Made by a program: the position numbers and the translations under genes. Positions 25,301 to 39,292 of a DNA stretch of 64,000 bases are shown here, piece after piece. Below the pieces are notes generated by a model. The model made no database searches, was not told the DNA's origin, and was given only the letters and a program-made list of their open reading frames with translations. The stretch comes from Bugula neritina (lineage: Eukaryota; Animalia; Bryozoa): positions 27,854,628-27,918,627 of the forward strand of contig OZ037767.1 in the NCBI GenBank assembly GCA_964035545.1, given 5' to 3'. The first letter of the stretch is position 1, and each line of letters opens with the position of its first letter.

Positions 25301-27900
25301 ATAAACCCGCTACAAAGGTTGTTTGCTATACTGGACCACATTCCCTTCTTCATTATATCGGCAATGCAGGCTGTGTGCTTGCAGGTGTCTGGAATTGGCA
25401 CGAGGAAGCCATGTTGCTATTGACACATGATTAATGTTTATAGCATTGCCTCCTTTTCCTACACAACATCATAGGATTATTCATGGTTTGTGTTGTGTAC
25501 GTGAGCTGCAGCCTTGCAGTCACTTCAATCAATCATTCTATTCTACTTGTGTACTGCACAAAGGCATTCACTAGCCGCTTGTGTAGAAAGTTGTTTATCA
25601 ACTACAACCACTATTTATAGCTTGCCGAGTGATTAATGGGTTTTCCTGTAAAGTTTGTTATTGTGATGGTTCTGCGACCTATTTAATAGAACGCGCTCAT
25701 TGGTTGACTGCAGCTTGCAAAGCATAGATAATAATGCTAAACACGCAGCCCTGCGCAAGCGAGCTGAATGTTGATTCAACTTGCAGTCGGCTAAATGCCT
25801 CTTCTGCTGCGCTAGTACGGCAATGAATTTATCAGACTCGTTATAAAGTCCGTTGTGATGTACCTCGTACATATGTCTGATTTGCTTCTATCCTTTCATA
25901 CAGGTAACCTCAATGCCCTGCGTGGTGTGTGGACACGAGCTGAAGGTGTATGACAGGTACCCTCTCATAGATGGCACCATGTTCCTCACACCCCAGAGGT
26001 ACATCTCAGACGTGGAGCTCACTTACCACGGCCACACTCAGTACCTCAACACTGTGTGTATGATGTGTGCAGAGGCTGCGTTCACTGAACTACACTGCAA
26101 GCAGTGCAACAGGTGGGCTATAAGCTACCTCCCCCACTAAAGAGTGAGCTATAAGCTACCTCCCCACTAAAGAATAGCATCCCCTCTCTACTCTAGTAAC
26201 ATCAGTGCACTATGTATAAATTATATGCTGTCTATGCTGCTAACTAACCGGCTCTGTTTGATATTTAGGCAGTGGGATGGCAGCGCTCTGCAGGTGGGCA
26301 CAATGTACAGCTACGACATATTTGCTGCCTCACCATGTTGCCTGCGGAGACTCAAATGCAAGAACTGTCAGCAACTGGCGATAGATCCAGGCCAAAACTC
26401 ACCTGCTTTCTTCAGTCAGTTCAGGTGAGATCATTTAGCTATACTGAGTTCAGGTGCAGTGGTTGTCTGTCTGTCTGTCTGTCTGTGACAGATGGTGTAG
26501 GCCAGGTTTTAGTTATTATAATTTACTTGTTTCACTTTGAAATGAATTATTCTTTTACAAAGAAAAAACTGAAATAACTCTTTGAAGCCGCATAAAACTA
26601 AATTGAAATCTGAAGCACTAAAAAGCTGTCCATAGTACAGATCAGAGTGATGTTACAATGTCAAGGTTAAATACAAACACCTCAAGTTTAGCCAATGACT
26701 AGTAATGAGTGACTATTGTATCCAGTCTGCTAGGTGTCTGCTTGACATGGTGGACAGTAACAAACATAATTTGTTTTCCAAAGTATGTGGGGTATTTCCC
26801 AGGCTAGGCTCTACATGTCAATTGAATAACTCATAGTGAGAGTATGTTGAACAGTGATAAAATCACTAGTGTTGATTTCAGCTAGTGTGTAGACTGTAGA
26901 GCCAGACAGCTTTTAAATGTTGCAATATGTATTTTGACAAATTGACATTCATGTATAGATTACATCGTCATGCTATGCACATCACTCTAACTACTGTGTC
27001 TTTATAGAAATCCTAAAATTATATGCTAGTATATAGTTTTTTTTATAATATGTTGGCAATTGGAAATGGTTTTGGCTGTAAAAGTTGTTTTTTATATTTT
27101 TGAAATGAATTACTGCATATAATTTACATATTAATGTCATCTGAAACCCTTCAAACTGTTTGGTGTTGACTTTGGAGTCACGGGCTAGCTGATATTGTGG
27201 GCTAATTTGAAAGGACTTGTTGAAGCTTCGAGTTATAGTGGTATGACCAAAGGTGGCGCAGCCTTTGATACGAATTAAAAAGGATTGCTCAACAAACACG
27301 TGGTGTTTACAGTCTAGAATCTAGATAGAGCTTCATGGTGGCTAATAATAATAGAATGGACAGTAGGCAACTAACCGGTAGGAACCGGTTTCTTAGCGGC
27401 TCAGCAACAACAACTGAACGTCATTCAAGCGGATCAAGTCGTGCATGCAGCTTTTTAGGTCACGTCTGCTCTATGTGCAGTTGGCACGCACTGCAGATGT
27501 GCACTTCGCACGTCCACAATGTTTATAAGAACCCAGAAGTGACGTGCGACTGTCCAGAAACAAGTCGCCGGTTTAGCCAATGGCAATCAGTACACTACCA
27601 GCATAGCCAACTTCAATCAATGTTGAACATTGTACAAGTCCATTTTTGTTGGTCATGCAATATTCTTTCATATTATTTTATTTTTATGTTTTTTATATTC
27701 AAAGTAAAGCTATAGAATTGATAGAACAGGGCCGTCACATCAAGGCAAAAAAGCAATTAACAACTTTGTTCAATCTGTGTTGTGAAACAAACTTTTTCTA
27801 TTTTGGTTGTAGTCAAGCTCACACCTGCAGACACTGCAATTCAACTGCCTACCATTTCGTGAAGCCGCTGTGTGAGATTTTCTACATCAAGCGTCTGTAA
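22326..27900 (+). CDS. HECA: Headcase protein homolog
   Basis: Seven exons: 22326-22623, 23431-23615, 24095-24362, 24829-24980, 25904-26112, 26269-26424, 27813-27900. Motifs VRVLCNNEECSKSRWMHQLCFEEWE, GRARSWNDKQRAQNLWTKKGYDLAYKACNCTCGKGHLRK, NPYHIKMEDEG, YDRYPLIDGTMFLTP, WDGSALQVGTMYSYDIFAASPCC and CRHCNSTAYHFVKP. Confidence 0.95.
23232..23376. mobile_element. 145-bp foldback MITE with 9-bp target-site duplication (Mutator/MULE-like)
   Basis: Inverted arms GAATTGTCTTATGAGCAGCTCTGAGTTGAGGGTGACTGAGTGCAGTAGTTT and AAACTACTGCACTCAGTCACCCTCAACTCAGAGCTGCTTATAGAACAATTC. Flanked by direct repeat TATCCAGTC at 23223-23231 and 23377-23385; termini are G...C. Confidence 0.85.
24566..24800. repeat. 21-24 bp minisatellite (~10 copies) next to a HECA acceptor
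   Basis: Unit GTGACTACACTGTAGCTAGTAGTA; explains the SYSVVTTT ORF on -. Confidence 0.93.
25088..25232. repeat. 18-bp minisatellite (~7 copies)
   Basis: Unit CAGTATATGTAGTGGTA(A/G). Confidence 0.93.
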
Positions 27901-29273
27901 GCTAACTGACAGTGTTATAGAATCTAGAGTATTTGTATGCAAGTAACTGCTTACATGAACATGTAGTTGCAGTTGTTACTTTGAAAAGCATGTAAACAAT
28001 AATTCCCTGTAAGGTATTATTTTATACTTTTCTATTGAAAGATACTGCTTTATGTGTTGGTGTCTAGTATCGTATGTGCTGTTTGATGTCATATGTGCAT
28101 TGCAGTTTGAAACACATAAATTAGGCTATATTCTATACCAAAATGGAGTTTCTTTTGCTTGTGTAGGATGTTTACTATAATATGTAATTAGATTTTCTAA
28201 ATATGTTATTTACTGAGATGCATTTTGGCTAATTAGTAGCTTTTGTTTTGTCTATCTTCTGTGGGGCTGAGTAGTTTTTAGTGCATAACAATTTAAGGTA
28301 TGCTCTGCTTTTTTGCAATTATTTGTGCTGGAAATAGTAGAGTAGAAGGAGCAAAATGGGAGTTGTCAAAACCTGGAAGAGAAATAAGCTGGTATACTGT
28401 TCTGTTCTACACTGCTGCTTTTTTTAATTTAAAATATAGCAGAACTCCTACAGCCGATTTTATTTTATAAAACCGAGGGTTAAGGTGTAGACAACTCCTC
28501 TGCTCCAACACGCCCAGCTTCTCAGTATATATTTCTGTATAATGTCTCAGTTACACTTCCTGTACTTGTATATTTTTACCAAATCATGATAATTCCGGTG
28601 AATGTAAGGGAAATTTTTTGATATTAACAGGTCTTGATGCGAACTTCATTGTGTAAATTTCTATAAATTTGACTCGCAACTACCTGCCATAGGTTGACAG
28701 GTGTTACATGCATGCAGCTAGTAACACAATGTAACAGATATAGTAATAATGTGTCAGTGCATCTTCTAATTAGCTAGTCTAGCATTGTTATGATCTCTTG
28801 CATCTTTTATATAAATATAATAAAACTGATAGGCAATTTTATCATTAACTTTAGCTTTGATTCTGATTATTAAAGTGATGGATTTTAATCAAACTATTAT
28901 GTTTACGATAACAGCTTAGTTGGTGGTGGTATTTTGTTGATTTTAAGCATGATTAATTGCTTTTATATTGATTTTATATGATTTGTTGAAACAATGTGCC
29001 CCTTCATTTTTACAAATATGTGACTGGAAGTTCTATAAATTAGTCGCCATCTGTGTGTTCACTTAGGTGGTCATGTTTATCAGTTACGATACTGTTATCG
29101 GATTTGCCTATCTTGTTACTTATATTTGGGGCACAACTTCTAAGTGCAGCTGCTCTTTGTGTTGTGAACATAATCTATGTATAGTGCATTATTTGTATTT
29201 TGCTCTAAACATTTTGCTCTTTATTCTTTTTTATATTGGTCTTAATTAGAATTATGTTAACAATTTTCACTAC

Positions 29274-29287
29274 TTTATTCAAATAAA
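29274..29287. terminator. Adjacent opposite-strand poly(A) signal candidates TTTATT-CA-AATAAA between convergent HECA and NRF-6-like genes
   Basis: TTTATT at 29274-29279 (AATAAA on -) and AATAAA at 29282-29287. Confidence 0.4.
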
Positions 29288-30053
29288 ATATTGCAAGATA
29301 TACATTCACATTACCTGGTCAATAACATTGGCTGGGCTTGGTGAAGGTCACCTATGCAGAATTTTCGTTAACATAACTGTTACAGCCAGGATTTTAAATT
29401 AAATTTTAAAAATCATTTGGGAATGCCAAATAATTTAATAGTAGAATCTAAAGTTGAACATTGACTACTAATTACAGAGAAAGTAAACCGCATCGCTGTT
29501 ATGTGGGTTCATAATGACATGCTATGTTTTACTTTAAAATTTAATCTTCTTGAGGCTGTCTGGTTTATTCATTCACCCATCATGGAAATATTCTTGTATT
29601 TCATTATAAAAGTAATATATAGATTAACATGTAAATATTTTATACATATAAATATTAGAAAGAGGAAAGTGTATTAATGATTGCATTGAAATGCATTGCT
29701 TAGAAGTAGTTGGTCAGAATTGACAACGCAAAATAACATCTTTATAACTCATTAAAATAATCCGCAGGTTAAATATAATATTTACAAAAATTTGCTTGCA
29801 TCAAAGCTCTTACTGAAAGTTAGTGCAGGTTTAACATGAACTGACACTCGCAAATGTCTAGCACAGTACAGCTGCAATAGAATTTCTTGAGAAGTTGCTT
29901 TCTTTTGCTATGGAAAAAATCATTCACAGAAACCCAAAAATCTAGCTGTCACATTCTCTACAAGATTGAGACTAGATAGCAACTATATTATATAGTGTAT
30001 CCTATAAGAGTTTCTTATAATTATTAAAATTAATCCATAAGTTCTCAGTTGTT

Positions 30054-33000
30054 CTACTTGCTTGAAGCTGGTTTCTTAGCTTTTCCAAATACAAGTTTCT
30101 CCAATCCTGCAGACGGCCACTCAAACAGAACACTCAGCACTCCACCACCAACATATGAGAGGAGAAGGTAGGCCGAATACAGGTACGACTGTTATAAAAT
30201 GCACAAGTTAAAGCACAAATTTTTACAAAACACCTAATAACTATAGACAGTTTCAATTTGAGTAATACAACGAAAATTTGAAAATGCAAATGAGACAACT
30301 CCAACAGAAAATAGAAAGTCTGACTCACCACTGAGAAATCCTCCAAATAGTTGAGGTCTCTCCTGTTACTCAGGTATATAAATATAACCAGAGGGTGAAT
30401 CAAGTAGACAGAGAATGTTAGTTTCCCCAAAGGACCCCACCCTCTCCAACTGAGAATGTTGGATATGAACCCTACCAACACAAAATGCTCACATATACAT
30501 AAAGTATTATAAACCAGTGTATAGCATTCTCTTTGATGATGTTTAGTAAAATAACCATATCATCTAAAACACAACTTAGGCTATATGTTCTGTTTATATC
30601 AGTCACAAAATGAAGTTAAAATAGTTAACTTAGCACTAATACAGGCCACAGCTGGGTCTAGCTATAATGTATTAAATAAAACATAAGATTTTTTAAGCCA
30701 CTTGAATAAACTTCAATGTTTGCTTTTTTTTGTATAAATCAAGATTAGGTAATGCTTTTGAGACATACAATATTATTGTGGACTAGAATGAGTGTGACAA
30801 CTCCACACTTCTACCATACCTCCGTAACCATAGTTGCAGGCATAAACAATCCAAGCTAAGCTGATAGCCCATCCAGTTCTGGAGAATGTTTCATATGCAG
30901 TGCGCTGATACGAGTTCCAACTGGGTTTACTGGTTCCAAATTCCTTGACATCCTCGTATTGACAATACACGATAACCCCCATCAATAGGAAAGAGATGGC
31001 CCACAATACTACAGCTACTGTCCATGAACTCAGTCTCTAAAACCAATAAATGCTGCATAAAGTATCTTAACTTAACATTTTAGTGTTAATAATTGCTATA
31101 AACTTGACTTTAAACAACATGTTTACACATTTAGGAACAGTAGTGGAAAAATTGAGACAGCCTAAGTTCTTTAAACTTTTTTATAAATTTGGGCTTGGAA
31201 CGTGGGTTAAAATTCTTGCCGGAACATAACTTTTTTTGCTACATTTTTAATCTTGAACACAAGCTTTTCTCAATTTCTCCATACCGCATCTACCTTATTC
31301 TACAAATGTTCACTTATTATAAATCTCCTATTGCCTCACAAGTGATGTGTTAATTGTGAACTTTTCCTACTTTCTACATAAAATCTGTAGCAGTGCAAGT
31401 AAATAAACAATAATTAAAACTATAATAAGCAAAACTCTTTTGTAGAAAGTTTAATTTACCTGCGTAAATGTTTTTGTTGGCAGTTTATAGCCACGATAGA
31501 AGATCCATCCTAATATCATGCCAATCAAGTACGGTCCGATGCGGCAGTATGGTGTAATGTATGCGTCATAAAATATATCGGGGTCTCTACATTCAACAGA
31601 AGAAATACTCATTTTATGAACTTTGTATGATAAATGTAAGAATTAATAATAGAGGACAAACATCTACCATTCATAAATATCAATTATACAAAGAAAGATA
31701 ATATGGTTATTATTTCATCACTTTAAAAACATAATTGTGGTAGAAAAAGTTAAAGACTTGAGTAAAATTGTGTAAAAGTTTAATTCTGTAACTATCACAA
31801 ATGTTTTCTTTTTGAACTAGCAATTGATAAGTTTGTTTCTTCATTTATTGCAACTAGTAATATGATGTTTTTGCCAAATTCAAAACCGTGCTTTTTACTT
31901 TATTGATAAAATAATTAACTATGTGCTACAAAATTAACCCATAAAAATAAGCCACTGAGCTCCACATAAACCAATCATATTCAACGTATGATAAGCAGTG
32001 CATGTAGTCTCAGATTACAGTACTTACTGCAAATAACTATTTCCGTTTGTGCCGTTCCATAGTACTCCTGTCGTTACAAAGTGTATTAGAAAAACACAGC
32101 CTATACTTATAAATCCAGCAATCGTGTTTCTGCAACAGAACCATTTGTACATCAACAAATACTAAAATACTGCAGTTTGATCCACTTCAAGCACATCCAA
32201 TTAAACCTCTATTTATAAGCTCTTTTCAACCACAAAGACAACATTAAACTGTAAACTAAAACAGTGAGTCTGCAAGCTTTCTGACTTTAGACATCATAGG
32301 CTATTCAAAGTTGGAGGCATTTGCTACTAAAAATTGGACTATACATTCTCAAACATGGCAAAAAATTTATAAATACAGTTCAGAGGAAATAATATTAGTT
32401 GTTTATGTGATAGTATTGATTCAACTTATGTTACATATAGCAAATATATAACATAGATTGAATCTAAATGTGCATAATATGTCAAAATTATAACTTTTTT
32501 AGTGACTATATAAACTATAATTACTGAGTTAAAGCATGCTAAAGGAGTATATTGAAATGGTTGAATATTACTCACAAGTAAAGAGGGATAAGTAGAAGAG
32601 GAGCAATTACATAGAATTGCATGTCATTTGACAAATACCAACTCCATCCTAGACACTGAAATAAATATAATGCATTATACAGCCATCTACCAGTTTCTTT
32701 ATATGAATATTTTAAAATAACAACATTTTCATTAACGCAGCTGCCTTAATTCGACCAAAACTTGATTTTTGTGTCTACTGAATCACTATTAGGTGATCAG
32801 ATGTTATGTGTCTGAAACTGAACTCCAAGATTACCATGTTTTTAGGGTCAACAAAGTTGTTGATGAAAAGTATGTTGGTCCACCAGTTCTTGTTGCAAGC
32901 TGCAATCTTTTCATCTTCCCAGTCAAACATCGGCCCAGACCCCAAGTATTTTCCATATGCTATGTAGATGCAGATTAGTACCGTGTACAGAGGCAAAATC

Positions 33001-36000
33001 CTGTAAAATACAGGTTTTTCTAAATTGATGGAAATTAAAAAAGTATTACACATGTATTCGTTAACTTTAAAAAAAGGGAAATGTTATTGTTGTGAAAAAC
33101 AGACACGGACTCTTAAACATTTGGTGCTGCCCAACAGAGCTAAAATGCAATAAAATATAATACAATTTCATAGTTTAAAATTTAAAAATAGCTATAAATA
33201 TTATTATAGAACATGTATAATTATATGATATATGACTATCTAAAGATTTACCTGATAAATCTGTGAATGTAGTACATGATAAGTTGCCTGCTCCATTTCC
33301 CGTTGTTTCTCGAGCTCGCTTTCAGGAACAAGTAGGACACCAAAAGTCCACTATAATTATATATCATGCGTTAAATACTGTAAGCATACATGTATATGCC
33401 TTCATTACTACTGCTAAAAACCAACTTTATATTTTAACTAGTGCCAGATGTATAGCTTTTAATAACTAATCTTAATTCACTCTAAATTCTCTCAAGAATA
33501 TAAAAGAGTGTGCTGTGTAATTTTATGGTTGCCTTAGAGATGTAGCTTGAAACCACATAATATAATTCAATTAATATAAAATTGATGCAGTATACAAATT
33601 TAGAGATGTGTTTTGTGCCACAAGATTTAACATCATGTAAGTTTCTACAGCATGGTAATACTACTACATTACAGTATAAAATAATTTTGAGATTTTTGGC
33701 AATTAAACTTGAATTGAATTGTCTTTTATTCAGAAACTACAGTGTTTGTTATAGTCAGAACAGTATTGCTAAAATAATATCTTCAATTGCTATTTTCAGT
33801 GCTTACAATATTTCTGACTAATAATGTTACACAGAAATATTTAACATATTTCTATTTTCAATCATGACTGCAGTCTACATGTTAATAACAGGTTGCTTAT
33901 ATAGAACTGACGAATGAATTTATATAGACTCGCTGTTTGGTTAGCTATCTGTTGCTTAGCAACACACCTGATAAAGAAGAAGCTATCCACAGCTAGCAAT
34001 CCAGTGAAAATACCCATGAATGTCCAGTCTTTAATCTTTTCCACAGCAAGCTTAGCATTAGCTGTAATGCAGCAAGTATAACAGTTTTAGATACAGTAGT
34101 CTTAAGACAGAAAACTAGAGCTGTATATATACAAAGTAAAATTTCTTCAGGTAAAACTTTTACAGTGCTAGATATATGCCTGTCTTAGCTTGCTGAAAAA
34201 GTTGTTATAACTTTTAAAATTTTTCATATCATTGGCATTTTATACTCACATAAAGTGTGAGGTTGATAAACGCCTCCAATGCTGAATATATGACCCAAAA
34301 CAATCCAGTTCATGTTGAACACACGGAGCGCGTCGAGCACCTTAATAGATCCTTTGGGCTGTTTGGTTGAGAGTAAAGCAGGAACGTTGGTATATAAACT
34401 ATATACCTTTATAAATCTCTTTAGAAGACCTGGGAAAATACATGAAAATATAGTGTCTATATCAGAGATTGTGTCTAGTTAAGTAAGAATGCGATGTTTG
34501 CTACGTAATTTAGACAATTTAGTTGTTTAAACTTGAACTCTCTGCCAAACAATTGGTTCCAAAGTGCATAACAAAATAATTGCTTTGCATTTTGATCAGC
34601 AAAATAATTGTTCACTGCTAGTTGATTAAACAGATAATAATTGCACCCTTTTTATTGATAATTCCAATTTTTATGCCAAAAAATTATTTCTTTCAATCTT
34701 AGCCACCAACCAGCATGTCAAGATAAAAGAAGTAAAAAGTGTTTGAATAGTTATGTAACATGAGTAACAAGCTATTGCAAAATGAATAATTTATATATAA
34801 ACGGAGTTATCTTACCATCTGATACTTGCTGTTTATCAGTGACTTTACCAGCTGGCAATGTGTGCGGTGGACCACCATTGCTGTGGCCATTACTTAAGCC
34901 AGCACCATTTACCTACATTGTAAAGAGCATTGCTTTAGTATTACAATAAACTAGTATGTATTCCTGCATGTTAATCTTGTTCTAGTTGAATATTTTATTG
35001 AATGAAAACAGCTTTTCTGTTTTCTTCAGAAACTAAAAAACTCTTTTTCAACAATGGTGGCTATTGGATTAATCAAGCAACTAAAAAGCTGAAACAACTA
35101 ATACTTGTTTGTACATATTATACAGAATTTGAACAGAGTAGGAGACAGAACTATGTTCTGTAAAAACAAACCTCTGACATCTCAGCAGGGTCTGAAGGCT
35201 TATACCCATTGTTCACGTGACCTCCAATGCTGTATAATGGCACGCTATTTGTAGAGGGTTTGGGTTCTCGTGACGAAGAGGTGTGATTCTTCTTCACACC
35301 GAGGTCAGATTCTTCATCTCCTTCATACCAGAAAATACCGTCGATGACAGAACACACCAGAACCCATGCTGCGATTATACCCAATGCCACGCTGTAAGAA
35401 GAACCCCATAATGAAGCCACGGTATCATACTATAGCACAACTATAGCATAACACAGCTATAGTGCATATACATGTCTTTACTTTTAACTTTCGTTTTAAA
35501 AAATGTTTTACTTTAAAAACAACATAGTAGAAGGAGTTTCAAATGACTTTAAAAGTCAAGAACCCAAATGAATTAACACCAGTAACAAAATTTTCAAGAT
35601 ACAGATAACCAGCTAGACTTCTGTGCTGCACTTAGCTATTACTTATATCTTACGGCTGTTGTAAGACTCGCACCCAAAATAAACAAGTGTTACTGAGTTT
35701 GATTTAGCAATAAATTATTGAAGTGAGCTTGCCTTGCAGCTATAGCTTTGGGGTCTTTGCTAAACAGTCCTTCATTGGCTGGTGAATTGGAGTCACATCT
35801 AGCTTTATCAATAGCTGGTAGGGAATCTCCAAAACCAGCTCTCTTGAGTTCTACACACACAGCATCACCAACATGATATGTCATTACTTAGGAGTCAAAA
35901 TGGAAAATGATGTTGAATGTGCCAACATTATTGGACAGAGAAGAGTAGAAAGGGAAAAAACATTTTCTGGTTTTATGCAATTCCATCATAATGTAGTAAT

Positions 36001-39000
36001 GTGATAATGTGACCTGATGTATCAATTCTAATGTTATATGGATGCAAGTCTCAAAAATTACTTTTCTCTGTGAGTCTTTTTATGTTTTTTGTTTTTGTTT
36101 TGAGTTGAAATAAACTAAACACAACAACTTTTTATAGTTAGTAACAACTACATAGCAAGTTGCCATCAAATAGTTGAAGCCTTATTATTCAACACAGTAA
36201 CAATTCCATACACATCATGCTTACGCTCAAGAATTACTTTAACGTCTGAACTCTGACAGGTAGATGGCATGCAGACACCAATTCTCAGCTTAAGTTCTTG
36301 TCCAGGCTGTAAAACAACAAATTGCGGTCAAGTAATAGTGTGTGCCATAGTGAGGCTATTGTTATGACCAGTTATGGTGAATGTTAAAAAGTTTACACTT
36401 TGCTTTCTATTCAATTTATTTACTTGTAGTTACTGTTGCTTATTATCTGGTAAATATACCTGTCATTATATAATGTAGGTACTATGTTACATTACATACA
36501 GTACACACACTGCAAAGTACACACACTACACAATACACACACTACACAGTACACACACTACATAGTACACACACTACACAGTACACACACTACACAGTAC
36601 ACACACTACACAGTACACACACTACACAGTACATACACTACACAGTACACACTACACAGTACACACACTACACAGTATACACACTACACAGTACATACAC
36701 TACACAGTACATACACTACACAGTACACACACTACATAGTACACACACTACACAGTACACATACTAAACAGTACACACACTACATAGTACACACACTACA
36801 CAGTACACACACTACACAGTACACAGTCACTCACTGCAGCTGGTATCTCGAGCCATTCAGGAAGTGGCATCTCAACGTGGCAGTACAGCCCTTTGTATGC
36901 ATCTTCTTCTTTCACCGTACCATCCCTATACACTCGACTTCCGACGATTGTATGACAGAAGTCATACTGGCCGACCCAGTTTAAATTACCAACAGTCACA
37001 CCAACCGGTGGCTTCCCAGTTGCATCAAACACTGGAATATAAGAATAGAAACACTCAACTCTATCTCAAACTCACACTGGTAGCTTGGTAGAAAACTGCG
37101 GTGGAAACTAAGTTAATTTGGGAAATAGTATCAGTAGCAGCAGTAGTGGTAACAGGGCTAGTAGTTGTATTAATAGTACTGGTAGTAGTTGTAATAATAG
37201 TAGAGTGGTAACAGTGGTAGTAGTGATAGTAGCTGTAGTTGTAGAGGTGGTGGCAGTTGTAGTAATAAAATTAGTAGTAGTACTAGAAGTGGTGAAGGTG
37301 GTAGCAGCTGTAAATCCAAGAAAATGTACAATATTCAAACAACATTAACTCTTTACTCACTGTCTATAGCCCAACTCTTGCCCATAAACAAGCTTCTAAG
37401 TGCATTAGAAGAGTCATTATAGCATACAGGGTCTACACCTGGAGGAATGTAACTCTCGTACCTATCAACAGATACATCAGGCTAATGCTTAAATATGGCT
37501 ACAGGACAGCTTTCCAATGCTATTTATATTCTTTTAAGGAAAGATCTAATGGAAATAAAAATATTCCTACATAATTTTCAAGATATCTATGAATCTACAA
37601 CTGTATAGATTTAACTGGAATTTGCTATGAATAATTTGTCTGATTATAACCTCTGTCTAACCAGCTCTATAAATATAAAACATTTATTAGGGCATTCTAC
37701 ACTGTATAATAGCATAACAGAATATTTTTAGCTTCAATATAATTGGTTAGTATCTAAAGTTGGTGACTTTTAATAAATTATGTTAACCAAGAGTCAACAG
37801 CAATTGATGAGTGGATAGAGCTTTTATTACTATAGCTGAATTATAACCCAAATCAAACAATTCTCAATTTAATGACATTTGCTGTTTTGCTAACATTTTA
37901 TATAATTGTTGTTTACAATATAGTTTGTAAAAAAGCCTGATAGTAAAAGAATGGGTGAAAAGTTTAAATTCGTTGTGTAGAGCGTATCAATAGCAATTGT
38001 TTGATTGGTGCCAAATTGTCAATTAATGTCATCACTGTTTCACTCCTTTATTGTATTATTTTTTTTAAAGGACTTCATTTCCTGTTTTTATCTTTGCAGC
38101 CAAGCACATAAAACAATTAGCTCCAGTATGAATAATTCAACAAAAGCTGATCTTTCACTGTCATTAAAAGTAGTTAGCTGTGTACAAGTAACCTGATATG
38201 GACTATTTATCTAGGAATTTAATAGCATTAATAAACTTAAATTAATATATTTTACTTTAATTTAGTTTTTTAACATGATATAATTTGTATCACTGGGTTG
38301 TACTCACTAAGATTATAATATAATTTTAGTTTGCTCAATACAGCAATTCAACACAAATTCTGCAAATACAATTCCCACAAGTTAATGCCTAAATAAGATA
38401 TTATGAATTATTCCTATATTGACTTAAAACAGAGAAAACTTTATAGTGTACATATAGCTACCACAGTTACTATGAATATTCTAACGGGACCATTTGACAC
38501 TTACTGTAGATGAACTTACTGCAAATGAACTTACTGCAAATGAACTTACTACAGTTGAACTTGCTGCAAATGAACTTACGGTTGTGCTGCTAAAGCCATC
38601 AAAGCAACATTTCTCCAGTTGACATGGTTGGCCAGAAACTTGTTTTGCATTGAGTTATCCAAATATTTGAACAAAGGTAGGCCCAGCTCAGCGTTTTTCT
38701 GGTTGCTCATCTATAAACAGTTTGCCATACAGAAAGAGTGTCAGTGGGAATGTGAGAACATGTAAATATAATTTTCTTGTAACTTCCTCAGACAATTCTA
38801 ATACTGCATTCTGGGTGTTATAAGTATTTCATTGCAATAAGCAGCAAATTAGTGTCAATCTTGCCATGCAAACCACAATTGGCACTTTTCACAAAAGAAC
38901 AAAATTAAAAAACTAAAATATTTTGCTACAGCATTTCTTGTTGTAAATCAGCACATTATATATTATATTATGCTCCATTCTATGTTATACAATTATGGAT

Positions 39001-39223
39001 ATATAGACTAATATATGCTACACAGATATTATTTTATGTTATATTATATATTATATTTTAGGGTATATTATCAACTTACAATAATTTGATATTTCAACTC
39101 TTGTTCTATAATTGAACCCAATCCCAGCACTGTCTGAGACCCACTTGGAGATAGAAGATATTCCGGCAGCATATTAAAATAGCCCCTCATCATCTAAAAC
39201 AATATATATAACGTATATGTTGA

Positions 39224-39292
<69 letters not shown>

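Noticed and set aside
27898-27909. Stop-codon readthrough as in Drosophila headcase
   Set aside because: The spliced model has no internal stop, and the terminal TAA is followed by another stop after two codons.
36484-36984. 166-aa His/Thr/Tyr repeat ORF (likewise 24513-24902, 25030-25401, 47059-47699, 48212-48446, 60941-61237)
   Set aside because: Products of intronic mini- and microsatellites; the 47059 and 47145 ORFs only run into true COPB2 exons at one end.
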